Shown here: in pieces, positions 52,247 through 61,775 of the stretch
How positions within the stretch are numbered: the first letter of the stretch is position 1
How the letters are laid out: the number at the start of each line of letters is the position of its first letter
IMG/VR virus record: IMGVR_UViG_3300033146_000946
Coordinates: 32,001-96,000 of that record
Length of the DNA: 64,000 nt
Strand: one strand, 5' to 3'
From: a virus
Notes under the pieces: model-generated
Told to the model about the DNA's origin: nothing
What the model saw: the letters and a program-made list of their open reading frames with translations, nothing else
Databases searched by the model: none
Made by a program: the position numbers and the translations under genes

Positions 52247-53243
52247 TACCACTATCTGCCATACATTTATCTTTAAAATTACAATAAGCACATTCCATAT
52301 CACCGATTGGTTCGTGCTTTTTATAATGTTTATTATATTTGATTTTAGATATACGACCACAATGGTATTGTAAATCTACATCTGAGTTATTATATATTAA
52401 TTTATATGATGGATCTGGTAAATGTTGTTCTCTAACATAATTATAAACACTATCAAATTTTGCTATTATATCACGTAATGAAAATCTCAATTCAGCTAAT
52501 CTAGATTGATCTTTAGTAGCAGTTGTAGAATGATGTAATAACTCATCAAACGAATCTACTTGTTGTAAATGAATTGTTTCAAATTCATTACCTGCTTCAT
52601 CTACTGGAGTTATAATAGCATATTCTTCATCATCTAAATCAACCTTAAAATACATAAGACTACCTGTACTTCTATCAATATATAAAAGATAAACTTCTTC
52701 TATATTTCTTTCTTTTCCATCACTACATAATACTGGTCCTTGTAAAGAACGTTTTTTATAATGCATAGCTTGAATTAAATTTTTTGGCGCAGGTAATGGT
52801 ATCTTTTTATTAGTACCAAATACAGAATCTACTTTATATGAAGATATAGATTTGATTTCAATTCCAATATTTTTATTATTTTCATTGATTAATAAATCCA
52901 TTTTACCAGAAGTTATAACTTTATGAATAGTATCTTCAGAAATATATTCCATTCGAACTTGTTCATCAACATATAAATTGTTTTTCTTAAATTCATTTAT
53001 GATACTATCTTCATACATAATACCTGCATCACAAATATGTCGTACACGTACTGACATTGGATTTGTATATTCTTGTCCTAGAAATTTATAAAATAAAGAT
53101 CTTTGACATTCTCCTATTGTGATACCAGCACCTACTTCAGCAATGCCTTCACTTGCCCAAATAACATTCTCTTCACGATATAAAGAACCTTTATCTGCGC
53201 TTACTTCATCTAATTTTTTCCCAAATAGTTTTTTGATAAACAT
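52224..53243 (-). CDS. Stand-alone Cas4-like PD-(D/E)XK exonuclease with Fe-S cysteines
   Basis: GECQRSLFY, SGKMDLL, IEIKS, QAMHY and C-terminal CAYCNFKDKC. No cas1 or CRISPR array nearby. Confidence 0.85.
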   Translation of the reverse strand: MFIKKLFGKKLDEVSADKGSLYREENVIWASEGIAEVGAGITIGECQRSLFYKFLGQEYTNPMSVRVRHICDAGIMYEDSIINEFKKNNLYVDEQVRMEYISEDTIHKVITSGKMDLLINENNKNIGIEIKSISSYKVDSVFGTNKKIPLPAPKNLIQAMHYKKRSLQGPVLCSDGKERNIEEVYLLYIDRSTGSLMYFKVDLDDEEYAIITPVDEAGNEFETIHLQQVDSFDELLHHSTTATKDQSRLAELRFSLRDIIAKFDSVYNYVREQHLPDPSYKLIYNNSDVDLQYHCGRISKIKYNKHYKKHEPIGDMECAYCNFKDKCMADSGITLAQTD

Positions 53244-53266
53244 ATTATCTCCTTCGTTATGTTTGT

Positions 53267-53295
53267 AATATAACTAAAAGTTGGAGATAAGTCAA
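53267..53295 (-). promoter_or_regulatory. sigma70-type promoter for the Cas4-like gene
   Basis: Minus strand TTGACT-N17-TATATT, followed by a GAAGGAG RBS. Confidence 0.75.
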
Positions 53296-53519
53296 TAAAA
53301 AGTTTAATAAATAATAAATAATAATATATAAATATAATATATAATTATTTTAAAATAAATATATATAATATATATAATAATATAATATTAATATTATATA
53401 CTAAACCCTGTTAGGGTTTAGTTAAATATATAAATAAATATATAATAAATAATTTTTTTAAAAAAAAGTTGATTTTAATATTTAAATTAATTATATTAGT
53501 GATAAGTTAATAAAAAGTT
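53286..53519. other. Origin-like divergent intergenic region
   Basis: 53303-53400 is entirely A/T. Central inverted repeat ACTAAACCCT-GTT-AGGGTTTAGT (53400-53422). Flanking 19-bp direct repeat GATAAGT(C/T)AATAAAAAGTT. Confidence 0.45.
53469..53497 (+). promoter_or_regulatory. sigma70-type promoter
   Basis: TTGATT-N17-TATATT with an A-tract upstream. AAGGAG RBS before ATG 53532. Confidence 0.7.
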
Positions 53520-53531
53520 AAGGAGATAGTT

Positions 53532-54254
53532 ATGAAAACTATGACAACTCGAGTAATCGCTCAAAAGTCTAAAAGACTAAACAAAGATATTTTAAAGTAT
53601 ATCAGAAGACATAAAATAAAACACACGAAAACAACATACACGACAAAGAACAATAGAAAAGCGACTGAGTATATTTTAAATATCGATGATGCAGAGCGAA
53701 TTATTAAACGTTTTAACAAAGATTACAAATCTATCAATGTTAACGTATCTTTGGATAAAAATAATGTTGTAACATCTAAGAAAACTAAAAAGATTATTAC
53801 AACTAAGAAGAATAGTGTACAGGTTACTAATGATAAGAAAGATACATATTTGAATATCTATTCTAAATATGCTATTAATTCTAAGACCATTAGAAAAGTA
53901 GTATTAAGTCATATCTTTTCTCCTATGAAGAAAATGGATATGAGTATTGATGAATCATTTGAATTAATTGTAGATACAATAAATGCATTTAATTTACATG
54001 ATTATATCAGTAATTATGCTTATAATTTAGGATCACATAAAAGTTATAAGTTCTTTTTAAAAAGTACATATTGGAATGTGATTAGAATGAAGCAATTACA
54101 AGATCATCCTATCTGTGCTATCTGTGGTGCAACTGAAAATTTAAGAGTTCATCATCCAGATTATAAACAAGTTCCTAGAGGAACAGAATATAAGAATATG
54201 CATTTATTAACAACTGTATGTGATGAATGTCATTCAAATATTCATAATAAATAA
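53532..54254 (+). CDS. HNH endonuclease with basic N-terminal DNA-binding region
   Basis: C-terminal CAICG..LRVHH..Y..LTTVCDECHSNIH. Confidence 0.9.
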   Translation: MKTMTTRVIAQKSKRLNKDILKYIRRHKIKHTKTTYTTKNNRKATEYILNIDDAERIIKRFNKDYKSINVNVSLDKNNVVTSKKTKKIITTKKNSVQVTNDKKDTYLNIYSKYAINSKTIRKVVLSHIFSPMKKMDMSIDESFELIVDTINAFNLHDYISNYAYNLGSHKSYKFFLKSTYWNVIRMKQLQDHPICAICGATENLRVHHPDYKQVPRGTEYKNMHLLTTVCDECHSNIHNK

Positions 54255-54299
54255 TTATTTTAAAAAATAAATTGAATTAAATATATAAGGAGATTGCAA

Positions 54300-54962
54300 A
54301 TGCAAGATTTAAAAACTGTTAATATTAAAGGTAAAAATTATGTTGAAGTTAACGAAAGAATTAAATACTTTCGTAAAGAAGATGCATATAAAGGTTGGTC
54401 ATTAAGAACAGATATTATCGAATTAACTGATGAAAGATGTGTTCTTAAAGCAGTTATATCAGATACTGATGGAAGAATAATTGCTGAAGGTCTAGCTTAT
54501 GAAAAAGCTGGAAGCTCATTTATTAATAAAACTAGTTATATTGAAAACTGTGAGACTTCAGCATGGGGTAGAGCACTTGGTAATTTAGGTATTGGTGTAG
54601 ATGCGTCAGTAGCATCTGCTTTAGAAATAGCTAATGCTATTAATAATCAAACACAAAATACTCAACAAAAAGTAGAAACTAAATCTAATGAGTATAAACC
54701 AAGTAATCCTAATAGATATAATAAAGATAAAGGTGGATCTAATGTAACATATACTAAATCTACATCTATATCTGAAGCTACTATGAAAAGAATTAGTGCT
54801 TTAAGTAGAGATGGTAAACAAGGTAAAGTTGTATTATTAGATTATCTTGAAGATTATAATAAATTAAATAAAACAAAATTAGTTGCTAGTGATTTAACTA
54901 CTGATGAAGTATTAAATCCATTAATTGATTTTATCGATAATCAACCACCAAAAGATCTTTAA
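54300..54962 (+). CDS. Sak/Rad52-like single-strand annealing protein
   Basis: IKGKNYVEVNERIKYFR..SFINKTSYIENCETSAWGRALGNLGIG. ATG 54300 fits the AAGGAG RBS better than TTG 54294. Confidence 0.75.
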   Translation: MQDLKTVNIKGKNYVEVNERIKYFRKEDAYKGWSLRTDIIELTDERCVLKAVISDTDGRIIAEGLAYEKAGSSFINKTSYIENCETSAWGRALGNLGIGVDASVASALEIANAINNQTQNTQQKVETKSNEYKPSNPNRYNKDKGGSNVTYTKSTSISEATMKRISALSRDGKQGKVVLLDYLEDYNKLNKTKLVASDLTTDEVLNPLIDFIDNQPPKDL

Positions 54963-54989
54963 TAATTATTTTAAAAAAATATGTATTAT

Positions 54990-55020
54990 AAAGGGTAATT
55001 TAATTATTACCCTTTTTTTT
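54990..55020 (+). terminator. Intrinsic terminator
   Basis: AAAGGGTAAT-TTAATT-ATTACCCTTT followed by a T run. Confidence 0.85.
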
Positions 55021-55021
55021 A

Positions 55022-55050
55022 TTGACTTTTTATAAAAATCATATTATATT
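55022..55050 (+). promoter_or_regulatory. sigma70-type promoter for the primase-helicase operon
   Basis: TTGACT-N17-TATATT, the same hexamers as the promoter at 53267-53295. Confidence 0.75.
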
Positions 55051-55088
55051 ACTCGTAACAATAAACAATAATCCAAAGGATTTAAAAC

Positions 55089-57518
55089 ATGAATACAAAT
55101 AATACAAACTTAAATAATTTATCTGTTATACAAGAACTACGTAAAAAATTACCAGAATATTTAACATCACAAAATATAACTGTTAATGGTGCTGGTTTCT
55201 TTTCTTGTATACATCCAGATCACCTTGATAGAAATCCATCATGTTCTTTGAATTATGGTAATCATTTAGAAAATGAAGTATTCCATTGTTTCTCTGGAAC
55301 TGGTCATGATGGTAATATATTTACTGCTGCTCATTGGTTAGAAGGAATGCCATTAGTTGGTGCTGAATTTTGGGATGTAACTGTTAGAACTTTAGCACAG
55401 CGTTATAATATACCTTATAATCCAATGGAGATATCTGAAGATCAGAAAAGAAAATATCAAGCTTTAAGAGCTATTTCTGACGCAGTTAAGATAATATCAA
55501 GAATGTCTTTTAATCATGATAATGAGTTACGAGTTAATCATATTGGTATTAAACATTTAATAGATAGAGGTATAACTGAAGAAACTATTAAAGAATGGAA
55601 GATTGGTGTACTTACATCTAAATCGGCTTTTAATGACGCTATGGATAAACTTGGTCATATAGATAAAGAATTTCTAGCATCAAAAGGTCTTCAGCATCAT
55701 TCTATTTTAAATAGAGATGGATTTATATTACCTATAAATGATATTAATAGTCGACCTGTAGGATTTGTATCTAGAAATTGTAAAGTTGATGCTAATGAGC
55801 ATGTTACACGTAAATATGCTAATAGTCCAAATAATGATGTTTATAAAAAAGGTGAAATACTTTTTGGTTATGATAAAGTTAAAAACATACCAGGACCATT
55901 ATATATAGTAGAAGGTTATTTAGATGCTATTTATCTTCAACAAGAAGGTTTAAAGAAAACAGTAGCTTTAGGTTCAACAACTATTACAGAATATCATGTT
56001 GAAGAAATATTATATAAATATAATGAACAAGAAATTATTCTTGCATTAGATGGTGATCAAGGTGGTATTGATGGTACTAAATTAGCAATCGAACGTATTA
56101 GTCCATTCAGTATGTTTAATGTTAAAATATTAAATATACCAAAAGATTATGATCCAGATTCATATGTTAGAGAATTTGGTTTAAAAGCATTTCAAGAATT
56201 AGAAAAACTAACTCCATTTGCATGGACTTTACAAAAATCTGATTACGATAAAGATATGCTTACTATTGCTAAAAATATTATACCTACTATAGCATCTGAA
56301 GAAAGAGCAGTAGAAAGATTGAGTATGATAAAAGAATTATCTCAATTTACAGCTATTCCAGAAGCTGAAATTAAAAAAGATGTTGACCTTTTAGTTAATA
56401 AAAAAGAAGATAAATATCTTGATGAACTTGCTCATTTAAATAATTTTGTTCAAGTAAAATTAAATAAAGCAATGCCATCTGAAACAAGATCTATATTATC
56501 TAATGCTTTAGATAAACTAGAATCTATAGAAGATAAATATGAGAATGTTAAAGATGTTCAATCATTAAGTCTTGATAATTTAATGTTATTAAGAAATGAT
56601 ATTCTTGAAGGTAATTATGAATATGGTTTAATTACACCTAATCATAGTTCATTTGAGAAAAAACTTAATGGAATACCTTATAAAGAAAAATTAATATATT
56701 TTGGAGGTAGAGGTTCAGCTGGTAAAACTGCATTTATGACTTCATTAGCATTAGATTTAATAAAAGCAAATGCTGATGTAACTATATTTTATATGTCTAT
56801 TGATGATAGTTTTTCATTTTTAGCAACTAAAATGCAAGCAGTATTAAGTGGTCTTGCTACTACTGAAATACAAAATTATCAAAATTTAACTATAGATGAT
56901 AAAGGTAAAGTTGATGAAGCATTTAATTTTGTTGCTAATTCTATGAAAGAAAAGAAATTAGTTATTATGGATTCATCTAGTGGTAATACTATTGAAATTA
57001 TTGAAAATTATATGAGACAAATACAACGCGATTTTGCTGGACGTAAAGCTATATTTGTATTAGATAACTTTCATAAATTACAAATGGATGCAGGTCAAGG
57101 ACAAAAACGAGATGCTATTAGTGACACATCTTCTAAATTAAAAGATTTAGCAACTAAATATAAAGTGACTATTATGGCATCAGTAGAACTTAGAAAATTA
57201 CAAAATGAAATATCTCGTCCTACAAGACAAGATATGCAAGGTTCTAATAAACTTGATTATGATGCAGATGTAGTTTGTATGGTACATAATGATTTACAAG
57301 TTAATCCATCAACTAAAATCATTCATGAAAAAGAAGTTAATGGACAAATGGTTGTTATGCCTTGGGTTGAAATTAATATAGTTAAAAATAAAATAACTGG
57401 TCAACTTGGTGAATGTGTATTTAAATATAATGCAGTTAATATGAGTTTTGAAGAAGGAGAGTATTCATTATTTAAAAGACTCAGAGAATCTGGAACAACT
57501 AGAAAATTATCATTTTAA
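55089..57518 (+). CDS. DnaG-type primase fused to DnaB-like helicase
   Basis: Zn finger CIHPDHLDRNPSC..HCF; TOPRIM VEGYLDA, LALDGDQGG, DPD; Walker A GGRGSAGKT; LDNFH; GSNKLDYDAD. Confidence 0.92.
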   Translation: MNTNNTNLNNLSVIQELRKKLPEYLTSQNITVNGAGFFSCIHPDHLDRNPSCSLNYGNHLENEVFHCFSGTGHDGNIFTAAHWLEGMPLVGAEFWDVTVRTLAQRYNIPYNPMEISEDQKRKYQALRAISDAVKIISRMSFNHDNELRVNHIGIKHLIDRGITEETIKEWKIGVLTSKSAFNDAMDKLGHIDKEFLASKGLQHHSILNRDGFILPINDINSRPVGFVSRNCKVDANEHVTRKYANSPNNDVYKKGEILFGYDKVKNIPGPLYIVEGYLDAIYLQQEGLKKTVALGSTTITEYHVEEILYKYNEQEIILALDGDQGGIDGTKLAIERISPFSMFNVKILNIPKDYDPDSYVREFGLKAFQELEKLTPFAWTLQKSDYDKDMLTIAKNIIPTIASEERAVERLSMIKELSQFTAIPEAEIKKDVDLLVNKKEDKYLDELAHLNNFVQVKLNKAMPSETRSILSNALDKLESIEDKYENVKDVQSLSLDNLMLLRNDILEGNYEYGLITPNHSSFEKKLNGIPYKEKLIYFGGRGSAGKTAFMTSLALDLIKANADVTIFYMSIDDSFSFLATKMQAVLSGLATTEIQNYQNLTIDDKGKVDEAFNFVANSMKEKKLVIMDSSSGNTIEIIENYMRQIQRDFAGRKAIFVLDNFHKLQMDAGQGQKRDAISDTSSKLKDLATKYKVTIMASVELRKLQNEISRPTRQDMQGSNKLDYDADVVCMVHNDLQVNPSTKIIHEKEVNGQMVVMPWVEINIVKNKITGQLGECVFKYNAVNMSFEEGEYSLFKRLRESGTTRKLSF

Positions 57519-57532
57519 TAAAAGGAGCAATT

Positions 57533-58198
57533 ATGATAACATCTCATACTTTTGCAGAAAGACTTTATAATTGCTCTAACTTTAAAGAGGAGAAAAATTA
57601 TGGCAGTATTATTCAGAAACTTACCATGGAAATTATTAATGAAAGTATCGACAGTAGGAAAGATAATGACAACGTTAGTATCTTTACTCTTCTCTATCAA
57701 AAATTTATTGAATCCAAAACCTTACGGTTGGTGATGAAAGAAGATAAAGAATTAGTAGAAGATATAATTATAGCATATGCTGAAAATATGAGTTATATTT
57801 TAAATAAGTTTAATCTTAATTTTACTGATGTTTATTATGAATATCGTTATAAGATATATGGTAATATTTTTGGTGTATTAGAAGGAGATCATAATTACAA
57901 TTTTGATATTAGTTATCGATCTCCAACTGACACATTTTATCATTTATATTATTATAAGTTAAATTTCTTTTTATATAATAAAACTTATAATACAAAACGG
58001 GATGGGTTAGTTTTTATTTTATCTAATAAAACAGTATACTATATACCATATAATGAAGATGACTATACTATAAATAGAGGATTTTTAGATTACAATATAA
58101 AGAATCGTGCTGTTAGACCAGGTCATCAATGTTTATATTGTTCAGTAAAAAATTGTAAACCAAGATTAATTACAAATATAGATAGATTTCTAATTTAA
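57533..58198 (+). CDS. Degenerate Cas4/AddB-like protein (probably nuclease-inactive)
   Basis: N-terminal LYNC and C-terminal RPGHQCLYCSVKNC. The D..EIK catalytic region reads YGNIFGV..FDISY. Confidence 0.5.
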   Translation: MITSHTFAERLYNCSNFKEEKNYGSIIQKLTMEIINESIDSRKDNDNVSIFTLLYQKFIESKTLRLVMKEDKELVEDIIIAYAENMSYILNKFNLNFTDVYYEYRYKIYGNIFGVLEGDHNYNFDISYRSPTDTFYHLYYYKLNFFLYNKTYNTKRDGLVFILSNKTVYYIPYNEDDYTINRGFLDYNIKNRAVRPGHQCLYCSVKNCKPRLITNIDRFLI

Positions 58199-58210
58199 GG
58201 AGAATTTAAA

Positions 58211-58402
58211 ATGAGTATTGAAATTAAAAACAAAAATGGAAAGACAATAGGTCTTATTGATCGAGAAGATGGTGAAGATTATGTTGTGGTAAAAAATAAA
58301 AAAGTCGCTTTATCAGATGTATATCAAGATAAAGAACTACTTAATGAATTTAATGATGAAATCAAAAATTCAGAAGTAGAGTTAAATGATGATTCAGAGT
58401 AA
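58211..58402 (+). CDS. Hypothetical protein
   Basis: AAGGAG RBS, 63 aa. Confidence 0.65.
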   Translation: MSIEIKNKNGKTIGLIDREDGEDYVVVKNKKVALSDVYQDKELLNEFNDEIKNSEVELNDDSE

Positions 58403-58631
58403 TATAATAAACAATATAGATTTAGATAAATTACCAGAAGATGTACAATATACTATGTATGTTATTTTTAAAGAATTACCTTTAAAAGAACGCATGATTA
58501 TATTATCTAAATTAACACATGGAACATTATTTAAATTAAATAAACAAGATATTATTAAATTACAAAAAACTTCTGTATCAAAAATCTATAATAATTATAT
58601 AGAATTAATTAAACAGGAGTTAGGAGAGTAA
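58386..58631 (+). CDS. Small protein resembling sigma70 region 4 / HTH
   Basis: FKELPLKERMIIL...KTSVSKIYNNYIELIKQEL. Confidence 0.4.
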   Translation: MMIQSNIINNIDLDKLPEDVQYTMYVIFKELPLKERMIILSKLTHGTLFKLNKQDIIKLQKTSVSKIYNNYIELIKQELGE

Positions 58632-58632
58632 T

Positions 58633-58794
58633 ATGAATTTAAGAAAATTAAAATATTTTGGCAATTTAATAAAAAATAGATTATATTTAAAGAATAAGAT
58701 TTACTTCGAGTCTACAAAAACTCAACCATCTTTATTTTATAGAAAATGGTTAGAAGTAGATTTATCAAACCAACAAGAACTTAATAACCTTTAA
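58633..58794 (+). CDS. 53-aa basic hypothetical protein (not in ORF track)
   Basis: MNLRKLKYFGNLIKNRLY...ELNNL*. AGGAG RBS at 58622. Fills the operon gap. Confidence 0.6.
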   Translation: MNLRKLKYFGNLIKNRLYLKNKIYFESTKTQPSLFYRKWLEVDLSNQQELNNL

Positions 58795-58807
58795 CATAGG
58801 ATAAAAT

Positions 58808-60250
58808 ATGTCCAAAAGAATACTGATTATATCTGATAGTATTTTCAGACAAACAGGTTATTCTACAGTTACCAATAATATTATAGAACATTTAAGTAAA
58901 GATTTTGAAGTGGCTCAAATGGGACTGGCTCATATGCCAGTCCCTAATTATAATAATACTTCTATAGATTATTATACTCCAATAATGAGCCATAGTAAAT
59001 GTTGTGGTAAAGAATTATTAATTGAACATTATAACTCTAAAACTGGTAAAGTAGAATACATTACACCTAATGTTGATTTAGATGTAATACAAAATGAATG
59101 TAATCGAGGATATCCAAATCAATCAGATCCATTTGGATTTGAATCAGCGTATTATATAATTGAACATTTTCGTCCAGATATTGTTATACCGATTAATGAT
59201 ATTTGGGGTATTTATAAATTAAACTTTTTAAAGAATAGAAAAAATTTCAAATTAGTACCATATCTTGCTATTGATAGTGAATGTTTTCCTGCTCAAATAC
59301 AAACTAATGAAAATATAAATACTTTACAATTTTTAAAAATAACTGATAAATTAGTTGTATTTACTAATTGGGCTAAACATACTATAAATAAAACTTCTGA
59401 ATTAATAATAGGAACTAAATTTAATAATATTGAAATTATTCCACATGGTGTTAATGCATCTAAATTTTTTAATTTAAATGCTAGAGATAGATTAATACAT
59501 GAATTATTTAGATTAGATCCAAATAAAGTATTTATAATAGGTTCAGTTAATAGAAATCAACCTAGAAAAAGATTGGATGCTATTTTTCAAATATTAAAAA
59601 TATTAAAAAATAAATATGAAAAACCAAATGGTAAAAAATTTATGGTTCATTTTCATTGTGCTATCAAAGATAGTCATGGTTGGGATTTACCTTGGTTAGC
59701 TAAATATTATGGTGTAGAAGATAGAGTTATTTTAGATCAAAATTTAAAACCTGGAATAGGTGTTACTGATGAATTATTAAATATGATTATGAATACATAT
59801 GATGTACATTTAGTACCAACTAATAGTGAAGGTTGGGGGTTGTCTATTCTTGAAACTATGGCTGTTGGTATCCCAAATGTAATATCTGATTATTCGGCTC
59901 ATGGAGATTGGGCTAAAGATTATTCTCTTAAAATAAAATTAGCAGCAAAGATACATGAACCAATAACAAATCATATTAAAGGTATTATCGATGTAAATCA
60001 TGCAGCGAAGCAAATATCTTTATTATATAATTCTAAAAAAATGTTAGAGTCATATAAAAATAAAAGTATTAAATTAGCAAATAAATTGCAATGGGTAAAT
60101 GTAGTTGAACAATGGAATATATTATTAAATAATATTGATATAAGTGATTTAAAAGAAAATAGATATCATGAAGGATATTTTGATGTTTATAATTTAAAAC
60201 ATGTACCAGAAAACCCAATAACTACTGAATTTGAATTACAAGAAATTTAA
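58808..60250 (+). CDS. Glycosyltransferase, GT-B/GT4 family
   Basis: RILIISDS..TGYS, IIPHGVN, VNRNQPRKR, SEGWGLSILETMAVGIP (EX7E). Confidence 0.92.
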   Translation: MSKRILIISDSIFRQTGYSTVTNNIIEHLSKDFEVAQMGLAHMPVPNYNNTSIDYYTPIMSHSKCCGKELLIEHYNSKTGKVEYITPNVDLDVIQNECNRGYPNQSDPFGFESAYYIIEHFRPDIVIPINDIWGIYKLNFLKNRKNFKLVPYLAIDSECFPAQIQTNENINTLQFLKITDKLVVFTNWAKHTINKTSELIIGTKFNNIEIIPHGVNASKFFNLNARDRLIHELFRLDPNKVFIIGSVNRNQPRKRLDAIFQILKILKNKYEKPNGKKFMVHFHCAIKDSHGWDLPWLAKYYGVEDRVILDQNLKPGIGVTDELLNMIMNTYDVHLVPTNSEGWGLSILETMAVGIPNVISDYSAHGDWAKDYSLKIKLAAKIHEPITNHIKGIIDVNHAAKQISLLYNSKKMLESYKNKSIKLANKLQWVNVVEQWNILLNNIDISDLKENRYHEGYFDVYNLKHVPENPITTEFELQEI

Positions 60251-60265
60251 AAAAAGGATTGAATT

Positions 60266-60610
60266 ATGTCAGATAAAAAAATAGTTACTGAAACTAAAAT
60301 GGAAACAGTTAAAACAGAATTAGAAAGAATGCATCCAGAAGAAGGAGATATTTTTATATTAAATGTTAATACTGATGATCCCGATATAATATATTCAGAA
60401 GAAATTGCTGAAAGTGTAGAACAATTATCAGAAATATTAAAAGATCTAACTGGTATAGATATTCCTATTTTAGTATTTGGAACAGAACTAACTATGTCAT
60501 TAATTAAAAAAGATGATCTTGAAAAATTATTAGATAGTATTGAAATAATTGATGATATAGATGAAGAATTAGATAACGACGTAGAAAATATTAAAGATTT
60601 ATTTAATTAA
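60266..60610 (+). CDS. Highly acidic hypothetical protein
   Basis: 114 aa, D/E-rich, AAGGA RBS. Confidence 0.65.
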   Translation: MSDKKIVTETKMETVKTELERMHPEEGDIFILNVNTDDPDIIYSEEIAESVEQLSEILKDLTGIDIPILVFGTELTMSLIKKDDLEKLLDSIEIIDDIDEELDNDVENIKDLFN

Positions 60611-60622
60611 AGGATAATTAAA

Positions 60623-61774
60623 ATGAAGATCGTAATTAGAGGATATAAGAACCAAAGTGGATTTGGTGTTGCTTTAATTAATTTATTAAAAGTTTTAGAT
60701 AAATCTAAATATGATTTTAGATTTATCCCATTAAATGCTATACAAGAACAAGATGATTCATCATTATCCAATGATACTCAAAACTTTATTAAAAGTATAA
60801 CAATAAATGAAAATGATTCATTTATTAATGATTCTATATTTATTGATATTGGTTCTTTAAATAGAGGTGAAATTTCAATTCGCCCTAAAAATGTAAAAAA
60901 ATACATTTTATATACTACTACTGAAACAACTAGAATTGATCCATATTATTCAAATATCTTTAATAAGAAATTCGATGAAATATGGACTGCTAGTAGATTT
61001 AATAAAGCAACATTATATTCATCTGGAGTGGAAAAGCCTATTAAAATTTTACCACATGCTATTGATACTGATATTTATATTCCTGGTTTACCAGAATATA
61101 AGATTACTAATAAAAGGAAATTTAATTTTTTAATTAATATTGATTTTTCTTTTAGAAAAGGTATACATAAATTATTGCCAGCTTGGTTAGAAGTATTTAA
61201 TTCTACAGATGATGTTGCATTAATAATGAAATTATCTGAGTTTGATTTTAAAGATTCATCTAGACCATTAAAAAGTTTAAATAATTTATTATTTCAATTT
61301 GAATATACTGAAAAAGATCATGCTCCAATTATAGTTATGAGTGATTTAATTAATGAGAAATATATACCAAATATGTATTCAATTTGTGATGTTTATATTG
61401 CTCCAACATTAGGTGAAGGTTTTGGTTTTCCAATAGCTGAAGCTATGTCTTGTGGTAAACCTACTATTACTAGTGGTTGTTCTGCCCCATTAGATTATGT
61501 TACTAATGATAATGGTTTTATTATTGATTTAGATGATACTAAAATGATATCTAAAATAGTAAACGAAGAAGGTTTATTAATGAGAGATCAAAGATATAAA
61601 GATCATTATCTTTATGATATCTCTGTTGAATCTTTATCATATCAATTAGAAGAAGCATATAATATGTCAAAAGAAGAATTAATAACTAAAGGAAGTATAG
61701 CTCGTAATGATATTATTGATAAATATTCATTACAATCTGTTGTGTCAATATTAACTCAACTATTAGAGGAATAA
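60623..61774 (+). CDS. Glycosyltransferase, GT-B/GT4 family
   Basis: SGFG, DEIWTAS, ILPHAID, RKG, GEGFGFPIAEAMSCGKP. Confidence 0.92.
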   Translation: MKIVIRGYKNQSGFGVALINLLKVLDKSKYDFRFIPLNAIQEQDDSSLSNDTQNFIKSITINENDSFINDSIFIDIGSLNRGEISIRPKNVKKYILYTTTETTRIDPYYSNIFNKKFDEIWTASRFNKATLYSSGVEKPIKILPHAIDTDIYIPGLPEYKITNKRKFNFLINIDFSFRKGIHKLLPAWLEVFNSTDDVALIMKLSEFDFKDSSRPLKSLNNLLFQFEYTEKDHAPIIVMSDLINEKYIPNMYSICDVYIAPTLGEGFGFPIAEAMSCGKPTITSGCSAPLDYVTNDNGFIIDLDDTKMISKIVNEEGLLMRDQRYKDHYLYDISVESLSYQLEEAYNMSKEELITKGSIARNDIIDKYSLQSVVSILTQLLEE

Positions 61775-61775
61775 A

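Noticed and set aside
52224-53520. CRISPR-Cas locus suggested by the Cas4-like gene
   Set aside because: No repeat-spacer array, cas1 or cas2 seen anywhere in the window.
1671-61133. Short ORF-track entries nested in or antisense to long genes (1671, 13418, 17655, 23681, 27336, 27556, 40151, 42536, 42543, 44807, 57515, 57552, 60936)
   Set aside because: They overlap well-supported genes, have no RBS or motif, and look like shadow ORFs. The entry listed as 57515..57700 is antisense to 57533-58198.
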